Assembly: GCA_951406725.2 (NCBI GenBank)
Contig: OX597830.1
Span: 24,924,001 to 24,988,000, forward strand
From: Octopus vulgaris
Lineage: Eukaryota
DNA length: 64,000 nucleotides
Reading direction: 5' to 3'
Shown piece after piece: positions 1 through 12,673 of this stretch. A program made the position numbers and the translations under genes. The notes beneath the pieces are model-generated. The model saw only the letters and a list, made by a program, of their open reading frames with translations, was not told where the DNA came from and made no database searches. Position 1 is the first letter of the stretch; the number at the start of each line of letters is the position of its first letter.

Positions 1-458
1 AACCAATTATAAGCTTGTCTTTTACAACTTAATTTTGCAACTCAGTTCAGTATAAATAAACCCATTAACTAACAACTTTAATTTCTATTCAAAGCTGAAA
101 ATATGGAAGTTTCTAACTTTGCACAAATTCTTCTCGCTACACACACTAAATGAAATAAAGGCTCCACAATTTTTCATTGGATCAAACCTCTCATCCCTCA
201 ATGACAGATAAAATGGGCAACAGTATTACTGAACTGGGATTAGTTGAAGACAAATCTTCGCTAAACTACTGAATAGTAAATATACATATAAAGCTCTTGT
301 GACACAACCTAAAAAACGGGAGCTTAAGTGAGACACTTCACCCTAGTTTTGTCATTTGATACTCAGTAGTTCTTCATTCTACAGAAAACTGTCTGAGCAA
401 GGTTAAAGATAGGATATCTTTTAGGGTGTAACCCAGTGAGAAAATGTCAAAGAAAGAA

Positions 459-641
459 TATGAGGGGATGCTGAAAAGCTCCTGGCTTTAAGGGTATTCT
501 GAAAGGCCTGGATGGAGGCCCAACCTTCCAAATCCTTCTAAAGCTAAGAAAAACTGAAGGACCACTGCAATAAGTTTGTGAATCTGAAAGGGGAATATGT
601 TGAATAAAATCATAATTAACTGTATTTGTATTTTCTTTTAC
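459..641 (+). mobile_element. mariner-derived MITE, right TIR truncated
   Basis: TA plus TIR-like tgaggggatgctgaaaagctcctggcttt; interior encodes a mariner transposase C-terminus (CNKFVNLKGEYVE*). Same family at 20504-20663 and 22936-23149. Confidence 0.75.
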
Positions 642-1332
642 AAATATATACAAATACAGATATATATACAGTAATTTATAATGCCTAGAAGTTAAGAGTT
701 TACAACAAACAACCAAAGGTCAAGAGTTCAAATCCAAACTTCAAATGGAAACAAAATAAAAAAATAATTTTTGTAGTCAGTCTGGTCACTAAAGACTTCA
801 GCCTTATGTAGGATACATTAAAATTATATGATCGTAGTGATCATAGCATGTCAGAGATAAAATCATTGACACACTCAGCTTACTTCAGTTCCATTAACTT
901 AATTGGAACACCATGAATGTTCAACAACTTTGTGTTTTGCTGCCTCTAAAAATTCTATATAAATGCTTTTATATCTGCTTCATTCTATGCCTGGGGCATG
1001 ATGTGGACAAGACTTCTTGAGGCAGTATTGAACAGCTGAATTTTGTTTCTAATACCAACCTTTATTTGTTTTTCAAGTAAGGTACTTTATTCCACATTTT
1101 ATGTTAAACTATTAAGCTACTTGACGTTTTGTTTCCTTCAGACATGAACAAACACCAGTGCTATCTATCTATCTATACATCCATCCAACATAAACAGATT
1201 GAGTCAATGTACAGTTTCTATCTGACAAACTTTACTAACAAGACATTGATCAACCTAAGGCTGTAGTAGACAGAGCAAGAGACACTTGCCCAAGGTACAA
1301 TGTAGAAGGATCAAACCTGAAACCGCAAGACT

Positions 1333-2027
1333 GCACTTAGCTTTACAGCATGTCGTCAGATGCCGAACCTGTTGGCTTATGGTCTCTCTAGCAAGTGGCC
1401 TCTCTAGAAAATGGAGGAGGAAAAATCTTCGTTACTTGGTCATCAACAGGGGATTGTCTTCCTTTGGCTGTCATTTGTGAGTGACCCTGTTATTGTGTGG
1501 GTCCCAGTAGATCAGCAGGAATATCCTGAATTACAAGCATGCATGGTCTGAATACTTCCATTCTGGAATGAAGGATGTTCCCCAGGTTGAGTGAGTCCTT
1601 TAGTATCCTCACCCATTCAACTATGCACACTTTACAATGCTTGGTCCCATTTATGTAGGGGCCTGCACTTTTTAGGATTCTCTATGATATTACATGTGGA
1701 ATTCCATTGTCCTTCAGCTGCCATACATGGCTGGCTAATGACAAAACATATCTCCTTTCCAGTATCCTGAAGGAGGACCCATGGTTGGAGAGATGTTGCT
1801 TGAATATGTTACTAGAGCATCCGATGTATATCCATGCTTGGGTGTTGGCAATGTTGTATCTACTGGTGTTGAAGCTGCTGCTACCACTGGTGTTGGCATT
1901 GTTGAAGGTGGTGATGGTGTTGGAGTAACAAAGTATTTTCCTCCTCCATTTTCTAGAGACGCCACATGCTAGAGAGGCCATAAACCAACAGGTTTGGGAT
2001 CTGACAATATGCTGTAAAGCTAAGTGC
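1333..2027 (-). mobile_element. Penelope-like element fragment (GIY-YIG endonuclease) between ~105-bp inverted arms
   Basis: Minus-strand translation WIYIGCSSNIFKQHLSNHGSSFR...SLASHVWQLKDNGIPHVIS resembles the PLE GIY-YIG C-terminal half. 1333-1437 is an inverted copy of 1924-2027. Confidence 0.8.
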
Positions 2028-2919
2028 TTTGTGGACGTGAAACCCAGGATAATCCCAGAAACCAGCCTTATCTAACTTTATATTTATTTCCGTCCTTCTC
2101 TGAGTCACTAAGAAGAAAGATGCAAAGTGGTTGGTCTTAGGAAGGATATCCAGCTGTAAAAACCTTGCCAAAACAAACACAGTAGCCTAGAGTAGTTTTC
2201 TACTAGGCTGCCTCCTGTTAACCATCCTACCCATGCATACATGGAAGGTAGACATTAAACAATGAAGATGATGGTGGTGTATATCACCCCCACATATAGG
2301 ATGGCAGTCCCTCACATTGTTACTCATTTTTGCCAGGTGAGTGGAATAGAGCAATGTTAAGTGAATTGTTTTGCAAATGAAATTAACTCATCACCTGATC
2401 TGGGAATTGAAACTACACAATTGGTGAGGGGCAACAGATACACACAAATATATATATATATATATCAGTTTCCATCTACCAAATCCACTCACAAAGCCTT
2501 GGTTGGCCCAAGACACTTGCCCAAAGTCCTACACAGTGGAACTAAACTCGGAACCATTTGGTTGAGAAGCAAGTTTCTTAACACACAACCATGCCTATAA
2601 CGATGTTTTAATTTCTTAATCACACAAAGAAGGCAAGCACCCACTACCCTTTTTCGGGGATTCCAAGATTTATCAGAGAAAAAGACTTGACTTGAATACT
2701 TAGAATGGATTTCTGTAAAGGCATGAGAGGGCTGGAGTCTACCACCCATAAAGATTGTCTCACTAACAGGCTTTCTAATAGTGCCAGCCTGCCAAATTTC
2801 ACTCATAAAAGGTCATCAGATGACCTAAGGCCTATGGTTGTGGGAATCAAACTCAAAACCATACAGTTACAGTGAACAGTTTTTAAACATGGACCCATGT
2901 ATGTGTCCACTATTTACAC

Positions 2920-3700
2920 CTGAGGTTCTCAATTAGGGTCCATATGGCCCTTGGGTGTCCAAATAAGATTTTGTTGTTAAAGTTTATGAGCAAGAAATTG
3001 GTTACAATTCTACAATACATAAAATATCTCAATTTTTTTTTACAATTTCTAATAATATTTAACTAGTCAATATCCATCGCTACACTGCCGGGTAATAACC
3101 TAGTCAAGCTGAAATACATCCCTCAGCAGAAGCCTACAACAATGATCACATTGATATACTCAACAACAATGTTTTCTTTTTTTTTTTATACATTTTAATT
3201 CTATCTTGCATTGTCTATATGTTGAAAAAAACACACACAAAGAACCTAAGAAATAACTATATGTATTTTATATGCTCATATTTACTTTTTTGAAGTGTGT
3301 TGCATTGTGTTGACAGACTTGAACTTAAAATTCCAATGTTTTAAATCAAAGCTTACTATGGCGGACAACACTACCTATCTTTCACATACACATGCATTTT
3401 CTCTCTTTCCCCTCTCTTTCTCTCAGTGCATTTCTCTCACAACTTTGTCTCTTTCCTTCTTCCCTTCTAAATATACGTTGTAATGGGGGCTATCTCCACT
3501 TTTTATTCCTGTTTTTCCCTCCTTCTACATAAATGTTGTGACAGACAGACAGGCAGACAGATGGAGATCAGCTTCTCTTTTATAATATAAGATCAAAAAC
3601 ACAGAGAAGTTTTTTAAAACATTGAATCGCTAGAGGGACCAGTGGAGTAAAATAGTAATGACAGGAGTCCATAGGTAAAAACAATGTTTGATCACCACTG
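2920..3700. mobile_element. hAT-type MITE interrupted by a Helitron
   Basis: Degenerate TIRs ctgaggttctcaa / ttgatcaccactg; 8-bp TSD atttacac (2912-2919) / atttacat (3701-3708). Confidence 0.7.
3063..3592 (-). mobile_element. non-autonomous Helitron
   Basis: Minus strand starts A|TCttatattataaaagag followed by (CTGT)n, and ends with a degenerate GC-rich hairpin and CTAG|T. No TSD. Confidence 0.75.
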
Positions 3701-4662
3701 ATTTACATTGACATATAATTACAGAGATCTGCAAAACATTGTCACCCAATCTAACACTGAAGAAAAATAATGTAAATATAAAAGAAATGTAATATCTACT
3801 TAAAGGTCTCTAATAATGTTTTTATTTCCTTGTTTTTGTAAAACTATCATTTTAACAACACAAATGTATCAAAGACTGCAGAGAGAAACTAATAGCTTCA
3901 AGTTTCTCGTGCACTTAGTCATGTTGGTATATATTAAGGTAGTAGTTAAAATTTGAAGAGACTGCAGTTAAATTTTCCTTCCCCACCCATTTATTGTTCA
4001 AGTCTAGTAAGTTCTGCAGTGGAATAACCATTGTCAATAAGCATCCATGCTTTACAGAGTCTCATTAAGTTAATTGCAGTCTCAAACTAAACTTGATGAC
4101 ATCATATTGATACAATTGATGCTAGATTTATATTTCAAGTTAGAGTGAGATCAGGAATCAAGAGAAGAATGAAATCTCCCTGGCGACATGGAAGCCAGAT
4201 AGCCTGTTTGGTGATAAAGTGGGTGGGATTGTAGTTGTTTCTTTATTGAACAAATTCATGCCCAAATGATCAGTCAAACCACAATGATCCCATATTTTTT
4301 ACATGCTTAATGTAACTAGGGCTACATCATCAATGTGTTATTTATTTCACTTTTAAGATGAGAAAGGTGTGATTGAGAGGAGATTTGACTTATTGCGAGG
4401 ACAGTGAAGTTGTTAGGTTGCAACTAAGCTCTGATCGAGTAGACTAATGAGCAAAGGCATTCCAAGCATGACAATCCAACCGTTTTTTGTTTTTTTTTTG
4501 TTTGCAGACAGTATGTCTAGGACCACAGCTATATAGCTTCTCTAAAACAAGAACCTCCTCTACTGCCCCTTCCACATCTTGCATACTTTAACATAAAGCT
4601 TCAGGTTTCATTGTCTTGTGAGTTGCATGGCAACCTCACTAGTGCCAGTGACACTAAAATAA

Positions 4663-4717
<55 letters not shown>

Positions 4718-4719
4718 CA

Positions 4720-4920
4720 GGGAAAGTTTACGAAAATAAACAAAAGACGAAGGCAGGTGGTGTACAAACAAACAGATGTATTAGTATAGCACTCAGGAAT
4801 AGAAAAAGTCTTTTACGTTTTGAGCCTATGCTCTTCTACAGAAAGATACACAGAAAAAAAGGAGAGAAAAAAAAATGTGTGTAGTAGCTAACGATCTGTC
4901 ATGGCATCAGACTTCGGACA
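4720..4920 (-). mobile_element. PLE pLTR-type fragment with degenerate hammerhead motif (4810-4845)
   Basis: Minus strand: ttt CTGTAGA agagc atag gctc aAAA cgt aaaag; inserted in a (TA)/(TG)n tract. Confidence 0.55.
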
Positions 4921-4937
4921 GAATATATATGTGTATA

Positions 4938-4993
<56 letters not shown>

Positions 4994-5430
4994 ATACAGA
5001 GCAAATAATTCATGAAAAAATAATTTGTGAAGATACCATTGATTCTGTTATTATCTAGTATCTTTGCAAATTATTTTTTGTGAGTTGTTTTCTTTTCTTG
5101 TGAATTATTTGCTCTGTATTGAAATTATTTTCACACTGGTGGCTGCCATGATTTTGGTGCAAAACAAGTCAGTTGCAGTGCAGACTTCAATATGATGGGT
5201 TGAAAGTCTCTATCATGTAACACATCTGAGGAAGCTGAGGCTATTTTTGCCAGTGTAAAAACCGGTCCATGTGAGTCCAAATACTTAATGTACAATGGGA
5301 GATTGTCTTAGTCCGTTTGACTTCAGACGTTTGATCTCTGTAGTTATTATGAGTGTATTTTGACAATTCAAATAAGAGGTTTGACTTTTATTTCCATCAG
5401 GCATACATACTTAGTATATCCTTTGATTAA
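4994..5430 (+). mobile_element. PLE pLTR-type fragment with 5' inverted arm and degenerate hammerhead (5221-5273)
   Basis: 4994-5037 is inverted relative to 5058-5120. Motif cacat CTGAGGA ... aaaa ACCGGT C c atgtg; flanked by (TA)n. Confidence 0.5.
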
Positions 5431-5440
5431 TTTTATATAC

Positions 5441-5473
<33 letters not shown>

Positions 5474-5693
5474 CATAAGCGATAATATATCTCTGAGTGA
5501 GGTATAAACAGTAGCTGCACGACATCGCGAAGTATATTTGCCACCTAAATGTGGCTAACCCTTAAGGGTGGATGCTACTGTAGTTTGTAGCCCCAGGAGG
5601 ACACCTCCTCCAGTTGGCTATTGACACACTTTCTGTGACCTATCAGTATTTGCAAAGGGAAGCCATCCTGCCCATCTCCAACCTGACGTGATA

Positions 5694-5738
5694 CACACGG
5701 ACCCGAGTTTCTGGGTAATAACCCATCATCAGTATGTG
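5694..5738 (-). ncRNA. minimal type I hammerhead ribozyme-like motif
   Basis: cacata CTGATGA tgggt tatt accca GAAA ctcggg TC cgtgtg: intact core and perfect stem II; first pair of stem I mismatched. Confidence 0.65.
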
Positions 5739-6005
5739 ACAATCACCAGTTGTCGATGTGAAGTGGTTCCCAATGCAAATATAAATATAAATATATATAT
5801 ATATATATCCTTTTTCCAGTGAAGAAAAGTCACTGATCTTGAAAAAGTGTAAACAAGCAATAATAAATCTCTGAGCGATGTATAAACAGTAGCCGCATGA
5901 CATCGTGAAGTATATTTGTCACTTAAATGTGGCTAACCTTTAAGGGTGGATGCTACTGTAGCTTGTAGCCCCAGGGAACCACTTCACATCGACAACCAGT
6001 GATTC

Positions 6006-6052
6006 TCATATGCTGATGACGGGCCAATACCCAGAAACTCAGGTCTCTGTGT
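6006..6052 (+). ncRNA. hammerhead ribozyme-like motif (inverted sister of 5694-5738)
   Basis: catatg CTGATGA cggg ccaata ccca GAAA ctcagg TC tctgtg: intact core, degraded stems. Confidence 0.55.
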
Positions 6053-6199
6053 ATCACGTCAGGCTGGAGATGGGAAGGATGGCTTCCCTTTGCAAATACT
6101 GATAGGGCACAGAAAGTGTGTCAATAGCCATCTGGAGGAGGTGTCTTCCTGGGGCTACAAACTACAGTAGCATCCACATTTAAGTGGCAAATATATTTC

Positions 6200-6242
<43 letters not shown>

Positions 6243-6261
6243 CAAATTAGAGACAAAATTC

Positions 6262-6460
6262 AAGTTAAAACTATCATTTTATCAACAAAGTTTCCTTTCA
6301 CATACTTCTCTGATGATAATGATACTTGGCAACATTCATGTCTATCAAAATACATTACCAGTTAACTTGAGTGAACTGAATGGTGATGAGTTCAAGCCTT
6401 ATGAAATACTAGAAATTAGTATTTAAATTAGAATAAAAATATCTTGAGTTTTAACAATAA
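6262..6460. repeat. locally templated chimeric insertion in (TA)n
   Basis: 6262-6355 is the reverse complement of 7024-7117; 6355-6460 is a direct copy of 6812-6917. About one mismatch each. Confidence 0.9.
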
Positions 6461-6463
6461 TTG

Positions 6464-6496
<33 letters not shown>

Positions 6497-7997
6497 TGCT
6501 AAACAGTTGACATTAATCCATAAAAACCATACCAAAGCAGATACTGGAACATGATGCAGTCCTTGGATCCATCACTGTCCAACCCATGCCAGCATAGAAC
6601 ATGGGTGTTAAATGAGGATGAATACAATGTGATCTAAGGAAGATTAGCCAGCTATTTCTAGCACATCAGGCAACTACATACAAGATCCATTTTGTAATTA
6701 TTCAGAAACAGTGGAAGAGATGAAAGGGAAATAATACAGAGGTAAACCAGAGATTGAAGGTAATGTTTTTAGGGGACTTTTGGCAATGAATGAAAGTTTT
6801 GGAAGAAAGTTTTACCAGTTAACTTGAGTGAACTGAATGGTGATGAGTTCAAGCCTTATGAAATACTAGAAATTAGTATTTAAATTAGAATTAAAATATC
6901 TTGAGTTTTAACAATAAAATAGAAATATCAGCTTCAACAAGGTAAGAGTGACCTTTACTTGGGAGTAGTTCCAACTAAGATATGTGGACAGAACTGTAAC
7001 CTTCCTCTACAGATGAACATAATATGTATTTTGATAGACATGAATGTTGCTAAGTATCATTATCATCAGAGAAGTATGTGAAAGGAAACTTTGTTGATAA
7101 AATGATAGTTTTAACTTTCTAAAGTCACTTGGGGGCTGTTGTTGGAAATTAATATTATGAGTTTATGCACAGAATAAAGTGTTTACAACAGAACGGAAGG
7201 AATTGAAAATATTTACATCCGTTTTTTATGTCAACATGGAAAGAGGGTATCAGAGCATTTCCTTTCAAAGTATTTAAACTTTGCTCCACCCTGATTATTT
7301 CCACCCATTCTTATAGAATGCAAGGTAACCATGTATCTCCTCTGCAGCAAGAATCCTTTTCCTACCCATTCCTTCATACTTTACCCTCTCAACACCCAGC
7401 CTCTCCCTCTCTTCTATAATCCCCATCAGTTGAAGGGGAATTTTAATCTCAAGAGCTACGTGGTGACCCTCACTAGTGCTGCTGGCAGCAAAATGCACCC
7501 AGACATGCTGAAAGTGGTTGAAATTAGGAAGGGCATTTGGCAGTAGGAACCATGTCAAAGCAGGCATTGGAGCACAACACATTCCTCAGACCAATTGGAA
7601 CCTGTTGAACCATTCAGCAATTGCCAGTACAGAAGACATCATCATCATCAACATCATTTAGCATCTGCTTTCCAGGCTGGCATGGGTTTAATGGTTAAAC
7701 CAAAGCTAGTAAGCTGGAGAGCTGCACCAGACTCCAATCTGATTTGGCATGATTTCTATGACTCAATGCCTTTCCTAACACCAACCACTCCAAGAGTGTA
7801 ATGGGTGCATTTTATGTGCCACCAGCATGGGGCCAGTTATGTAACACTGGCATTGGCCATGGTTACAATTTCTATTTCTATATAGTAACACTTCTAATCA
7901 TTACAAAGAGAAAAATTTTAAATCACAATTAACCTTCAATAAAGGAGAGATATTTCCTAAGAAAGCATACTTAATATATATATATATATATGCATAT

Positions 7998-8370
7998 AGG
8001 CACAGGATTGGCTGAGTGGTAAGTAGCTTGCTTACCAACCACATAGTTCCAGGTTCAGTCCCACTAGATGGCACCTTGGGCAAGTGTCTTCCACTCTAGC
8101 CTTGGGCTGACCAAAGCCTTGTGAGTGGATTTGGTAGACGGAAACTGAAAGAAGCTCATTATATATATACATATATATATGTTTGTCCCCCCACCATCCC
8201 TTGACAATCGATGTTGGTGTGTTTACGTCACCGTAACTTAGTAGTTCAGCAAAAATAAACGATAGAATAAGTACTAGGCTTACAAAGAATAAGTCCTGGG
8301 GTCGATTTATTCGACTAAAGGCAGTGCTCCAGCATGGCTGCAGTCAAATGACTGAAACAAATAAAAGAAT
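7998..8370 (+). mobile_element. tRNA-derived SINE family A (representative copy)
   Basis: A/B-box head (tggctgagtggtaag...ggttcagtccc), ggcaccttgggcaagtgtctt core, internal TA/TG tract, tail aaatgactgaaacaa. Other copies or fragments at ~1195, 2466, 8425, 8785, 9300, 21135, 41830, 50628, 56270, 59355. Confidence 0.85.
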
Positions 8371-10199
8371 AGAAGAATATAATAACCTGTCTTCTTGTTC
8401 AGCCTAAGGTCTGTTCTGATCCATATTTACTTGTTTCAGTCATTAGAATGTGGCCATGCTACAGCACTGTCTGTCTCAAAGAACTTAGTAGAACAAATCA
8501 ACCCCAATACTTGTTCTTTTAAAGTCTGGTACTTGTCCTATTGATTTCTTTTGTCAAACTGTTAAGTAACTGGGCTGTAAACAAACCAATACTGGTTGTT
8601 GAACAATTTGGGAACAACCACAAAACACACACACAACAGGTTCCCTGGATAACTGAACTACTGCTCCAATGATGAACAGGGTTTCTAGACATGATCATCC
8701 TGTCTTATTCTTTTCCAGACTCAGTGTTTTTAGGACAATATTATCTAATGTATCCTCCTCTTGCTTTTTTTTTAAAATTGAACATAGGCACACATGTTCA
8801 ATTGTGGCTGTGTGGTAAGAAGCTTGCTTCCCAACTACATGGTTCCAAGTTCAGTCCCTGGGCATTTTCAGCTATAGCCTCAGGCCAACCAAAGCCTTGT
8901 GAATTGATTTGGTAGGTGGAAACTGAAAGAAGCCTGTCATGTGTGTGTGTATGTATGTAGATATTTATGTGTATGTGTTTGTCTTTCCCACCATTGCTTG
9001 ACAACCGATGTTGGTGCGTTTATGTCCCTGTAACTTAGTGATTTGGTGAATGCGACTGATAGAATAAGTACTAGGCTTACAAAGAATAAGTCTTGGGGTC
9101 GATTCCTTCAACTAAAACCCTTTAAGGCAGTGCTTCAGCATGGCCGCAGTCAAATGATTGAAACAAGTAAAAGAGTAAAAGTGATTTTGAAGGAAGTTTG
9201 GCTGCTATTTCTACCAGATTGAGTAACTATGTAACCTAATATAAACCATCTACCTAGCACAATACATTTATATACAATTTAGATTTAACTTAGATTTTTG
9301 AGCGGTAAGACATTTGCTTCCCAACCACATGTTTCCAAGTTCAGTCCCACGGTGTGACACCTTGGGCAAGTGTCTTCTACAAAAGCCTTGTGAGTGGAAT
9401 TGGTAGACAGAAACTGAAAGAAGCCCATCATGTATATATACATGTGTGTGTATGTACGTGTTTATCCCCATCACTACCACTTGACTGGTGTTGGTGTGTT
9501 TACATCCTCATAACTTAGGGGTTTGGCAAAAAAGATTGATAGAATAAGTACCAGCTTTAAAGGAAAAAAAGTAATGGGTGGCAGGGGAAGGGATGATTCA
9601 TTCAGTTAACATCCTCCAAGGAGGTGCCCCTCCATGGCTGCAGGCTAATGACTGAAACAAGCAAAGGATGTAATCTAATTCTTAGAGACATTTTTAACCA
9701 TTTCTGGATCTGCTCAATTTACTAACAATGTTCAGTATAAATACACACACATACACACACACACACACAAAAGACATGAGTTAATAGATAGTCGATATAA
9801 TAAATCACTTAACCTGCTAGAAATAACATCCTATCATACTCTACTGTATTAGACAAGTACACACTAAAAGTGCTCTAGATGCACCGTGCTTGGTGGTGGT
9901 GGAACAGGATGGTCATTGCTGGTCTGCTTGATCAGGGCCCATATTGGGCTAAGGGGCATATAAAATTTATTTGAAAAGTGATTGTGGTGGGGAGGTTGTT
10001 GTGTTTACAATGATTTAAATTTTGCCATTGAACAAACACATGAAAATGTCCTTTAACTAAAGCATAAGACCTTCCATGATAAGGCAAGCAAAGTCGATCC
10101 TGCTCCAGGCTGAAGATCTCAGTTACACATTACAGGTAGAAGAAGGGATGAGAATTAGGTCTGGAATCGAACCTGCAGAACTAAACTAAACTTGATTAT

Positions 10200-10930
10200 A
10201 CATACATACATCCAAACATTTTTATATGTGCCTTTTATCTACACACACTCATACATGTATACACATACATACATATATCTACGTGTACATACATACATGC
10301 ATACATACATTTACATGTGTACACACACATGTATATATACATCTACATGTCTACACACACACACACGTATAAATACATCTACGTCTACACACACACATGT
10401 ATACATACATCTACATATGTACACACACACATATACATACATCTACATATATACACACACACATATACATACATCTACATGTGTACACACACATATATAT
10501 ACATACATCTACATGTGTACACACACACATGCATACATATATCTACATGTGTACACACACATGCATACATATATCTACATGTGTGCACACACACATACAT
10601 ACATATACATGTGCATGCACATATATACATTTATACATACGTATATACACATACTTGTCTACATAAACATACACACACATATATCCCTGCATATACATAC
10701 ATACACAGATATATATACCTACAAATACGCACATGCATACACAAACCTACATATACAAGCCTACATATACATACTTGCATATACACACACACACACAAAC
10801 ATATATACACACAAATTACTTAGGTTTGTTTATACATACATACATATATATATATACATACATATATATATATATATACATACATACATATATATATATA
10901 CACACACACACAAACTCATACATATAAAGG
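10200..10930. repeat. compound (CA)/(TA) microsatellite with ~30-bp higher-order unit
   Basis: Recurring catctacatgtgtacacacacaca(t)atataca units from about 10300 to 10610. Confidence 0.9.
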
Positions 10931-11311
10931 TCTGCATGTCTACAAAGGACCACATACATGACTGAATCAATATTGTAATTATCTCTTCTGCTTCAATGAC
11001 ACGTCTCTCCCTTATGCTCATTAACTTCCAAATGCTCCCAGCAATCAACCAATTTTCAGTAAAACTAAATGGAACTGAGTCTGCTTTAGTTGTTCAAATG
11101 TAAACCATTCTCTTTTTGACCTGACATTTCTTATAAGAAACATTTTTGTACAGTTTTTCTGTTTTTTATTGACGCAAGAATCTTAACCCCCAAAAATGCT
11201 TAAAATACAATTTTCAACCTTAAAACAATTTTTTATAGAATTAACTTTATATAAATGTCTGTGTCAAACAATTATAAATAAAATATTTTCTGTTATAAAA
11301 TTAATTAAAAA

Positions 11312-12068
11312 CAGGCATGGATCTGTGGTAATAAGAAACTTGCTTCCCAACAACATGGTTCCAGGTTCAGTCCCACTACATAGCATCTTGGGCCAACCAA
11401 AAAATTGTGAGTGAATTTGGTAGATGGAAACTGAAAGAAACCACTAATATACGTGTGTGTGGTTGGGGGTAGGCAGTTTATGTTTCTGTCCCCTCCGGTG
11501 TTGATGTGTTTACATCCCTATAACTTAACAATCCGATAAAAGGGATTGGTAGAAAAAGTACCAGGCTTTACGAAAAAGATAATTACCAGGGTTGAATCAT
11601 TCTCTTAATCTTTTACTTGTTTCAGTTATTTGACAGTGGCCATGCTGGAGCACTGCCTTTAGTCGAACAAATCGACTCCAGGTCTTATTCTTTGTAAGCC
11701 TAGCACTTATTTTATTGGTATCTTTTGCCAAACTGCTAAGTTATAGGAACGTAAACACGCTAACATTGGTGTCAAGCAATGGTGGAGGGGGAGGGTACAA
11801 ACACAGAAACACAAATACATACACACACACACACACACATATATGTGATGAGCTTCTTTCAATTTCTGTCTACCAAATCCACTCACAAGGTTTTGGTTGG
11901 TACGAGGGTATAGTAGAAGACACTTGCTCAAGGTGCCACACAGTGGGACTGAACTTGGAACCATGTGGTTGGGAAGCAAGCTTCTTTCCACACAGCCACT
12001 TCTGCACTGACTAAAATTCTTCAAGGTGGTGCCCCAGCATAGCCACAGTCTAATGACTAAAACAAGTG
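11312..12068. mobile_element. SINE family A (+) interrupted by a second family A copy (-, ~11605-12005)
   Basis: The plus copy breaks after gttgaatcattc and resumes at gactaaaattcttcaaggtggtgcc; the intervening sequence is the family's reverse complement. Confidence 0.8.
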
Positions 12069-12452
12069 CGGAAAAGTGTGAATAATGCAGTGTGTTGTTT
12101 GTATGTAAGTTATGATATAATTATCACATAGGCCTTGGATAAACATTAAAAAAAATCAAATGCAGAAAATTAGAAGGATTAGATATTGCTAATCCTTGCA
12201 CAATAGTGTACTGTTAACATATCTGAAACAATATTACTACACATACAAACATCCTGGACTACATTCAGAATAAGACTGTTTATGTGACGGTACAAGACAC
12301 ATTCATCAACAAGCAACTTCTGGCTTACGGAAACACCATTGCCACTCAACTTATCCTACCACCATTACAATTGCATCTGTTCTGAATTGCATTCAGAACA
12401 TCTGTCAGTTGTGACTCCTCTTCTCTTTACCTTTACTGTATCTCACCTTTAG

Positions 12453-12673
12453 CCCTTTTGATACCAACCTAGCTGAAATTGCCTCTAGCTCTGTAATACA
12501 AATGTCTTGTTTTCAAAAGTTCTGAATTAAAATCCCCCACCAAACCATAGTCACAATTTATGTTCCTAATACAAGCTTAATGATAACTAAATCATTTTAC
12601 TAAATTCTTCGTTATACTACAATCAATTGAAAGAAATAGAAAATATCTCAACAGAAATATGGTAACAAAACGG
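12453..12673. mobile_element. piggyBac-type (TTAA) MITE
   Basis: ttag|cccttttgatacca ... tggtaacaaaacgg|ttaa. Confidence 0.65.

Larger units (their letters stand above)
5490..6200. mobile_element. PLE pLTR-type repeat: copy, partial direct copy and inverted copy
   Basis: The first ~105 bp of 5490-5775 recur directly at 5868-5975; most of the unit recurs inverted at 5976-6200. Flanked by (TA)n. Confidence 0.75.

Noticed and set aside
884-945. Possible minus-strand coding exon (RQQNTKLLNIHGVPIKLMEL); similar candidates at ~17365-17432, 15853 and 3875
   Set aside because: Splice-like signals are present, but there is no recognisable protein and no consistent phase chain; some have stops in all frames.
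6309-6330. CTGATGA as a hammerhead core (also 48868)
   Set aside because: No stem II, GAAA and stem I partner at suitable spacing.
7998-8075. SINE heads as tRNA genes
   Set aside because: A/B boxes only, no cloverleaf, and they continue into SINE bodies.
10192-10965. Long His/Thr/Tyr/Ile-rich ORFs (also 37749-38347, 55357-55844, 57887-58565)
   Set aside because: Translations of CA/TA microsatellites, open in several frames on both strands.
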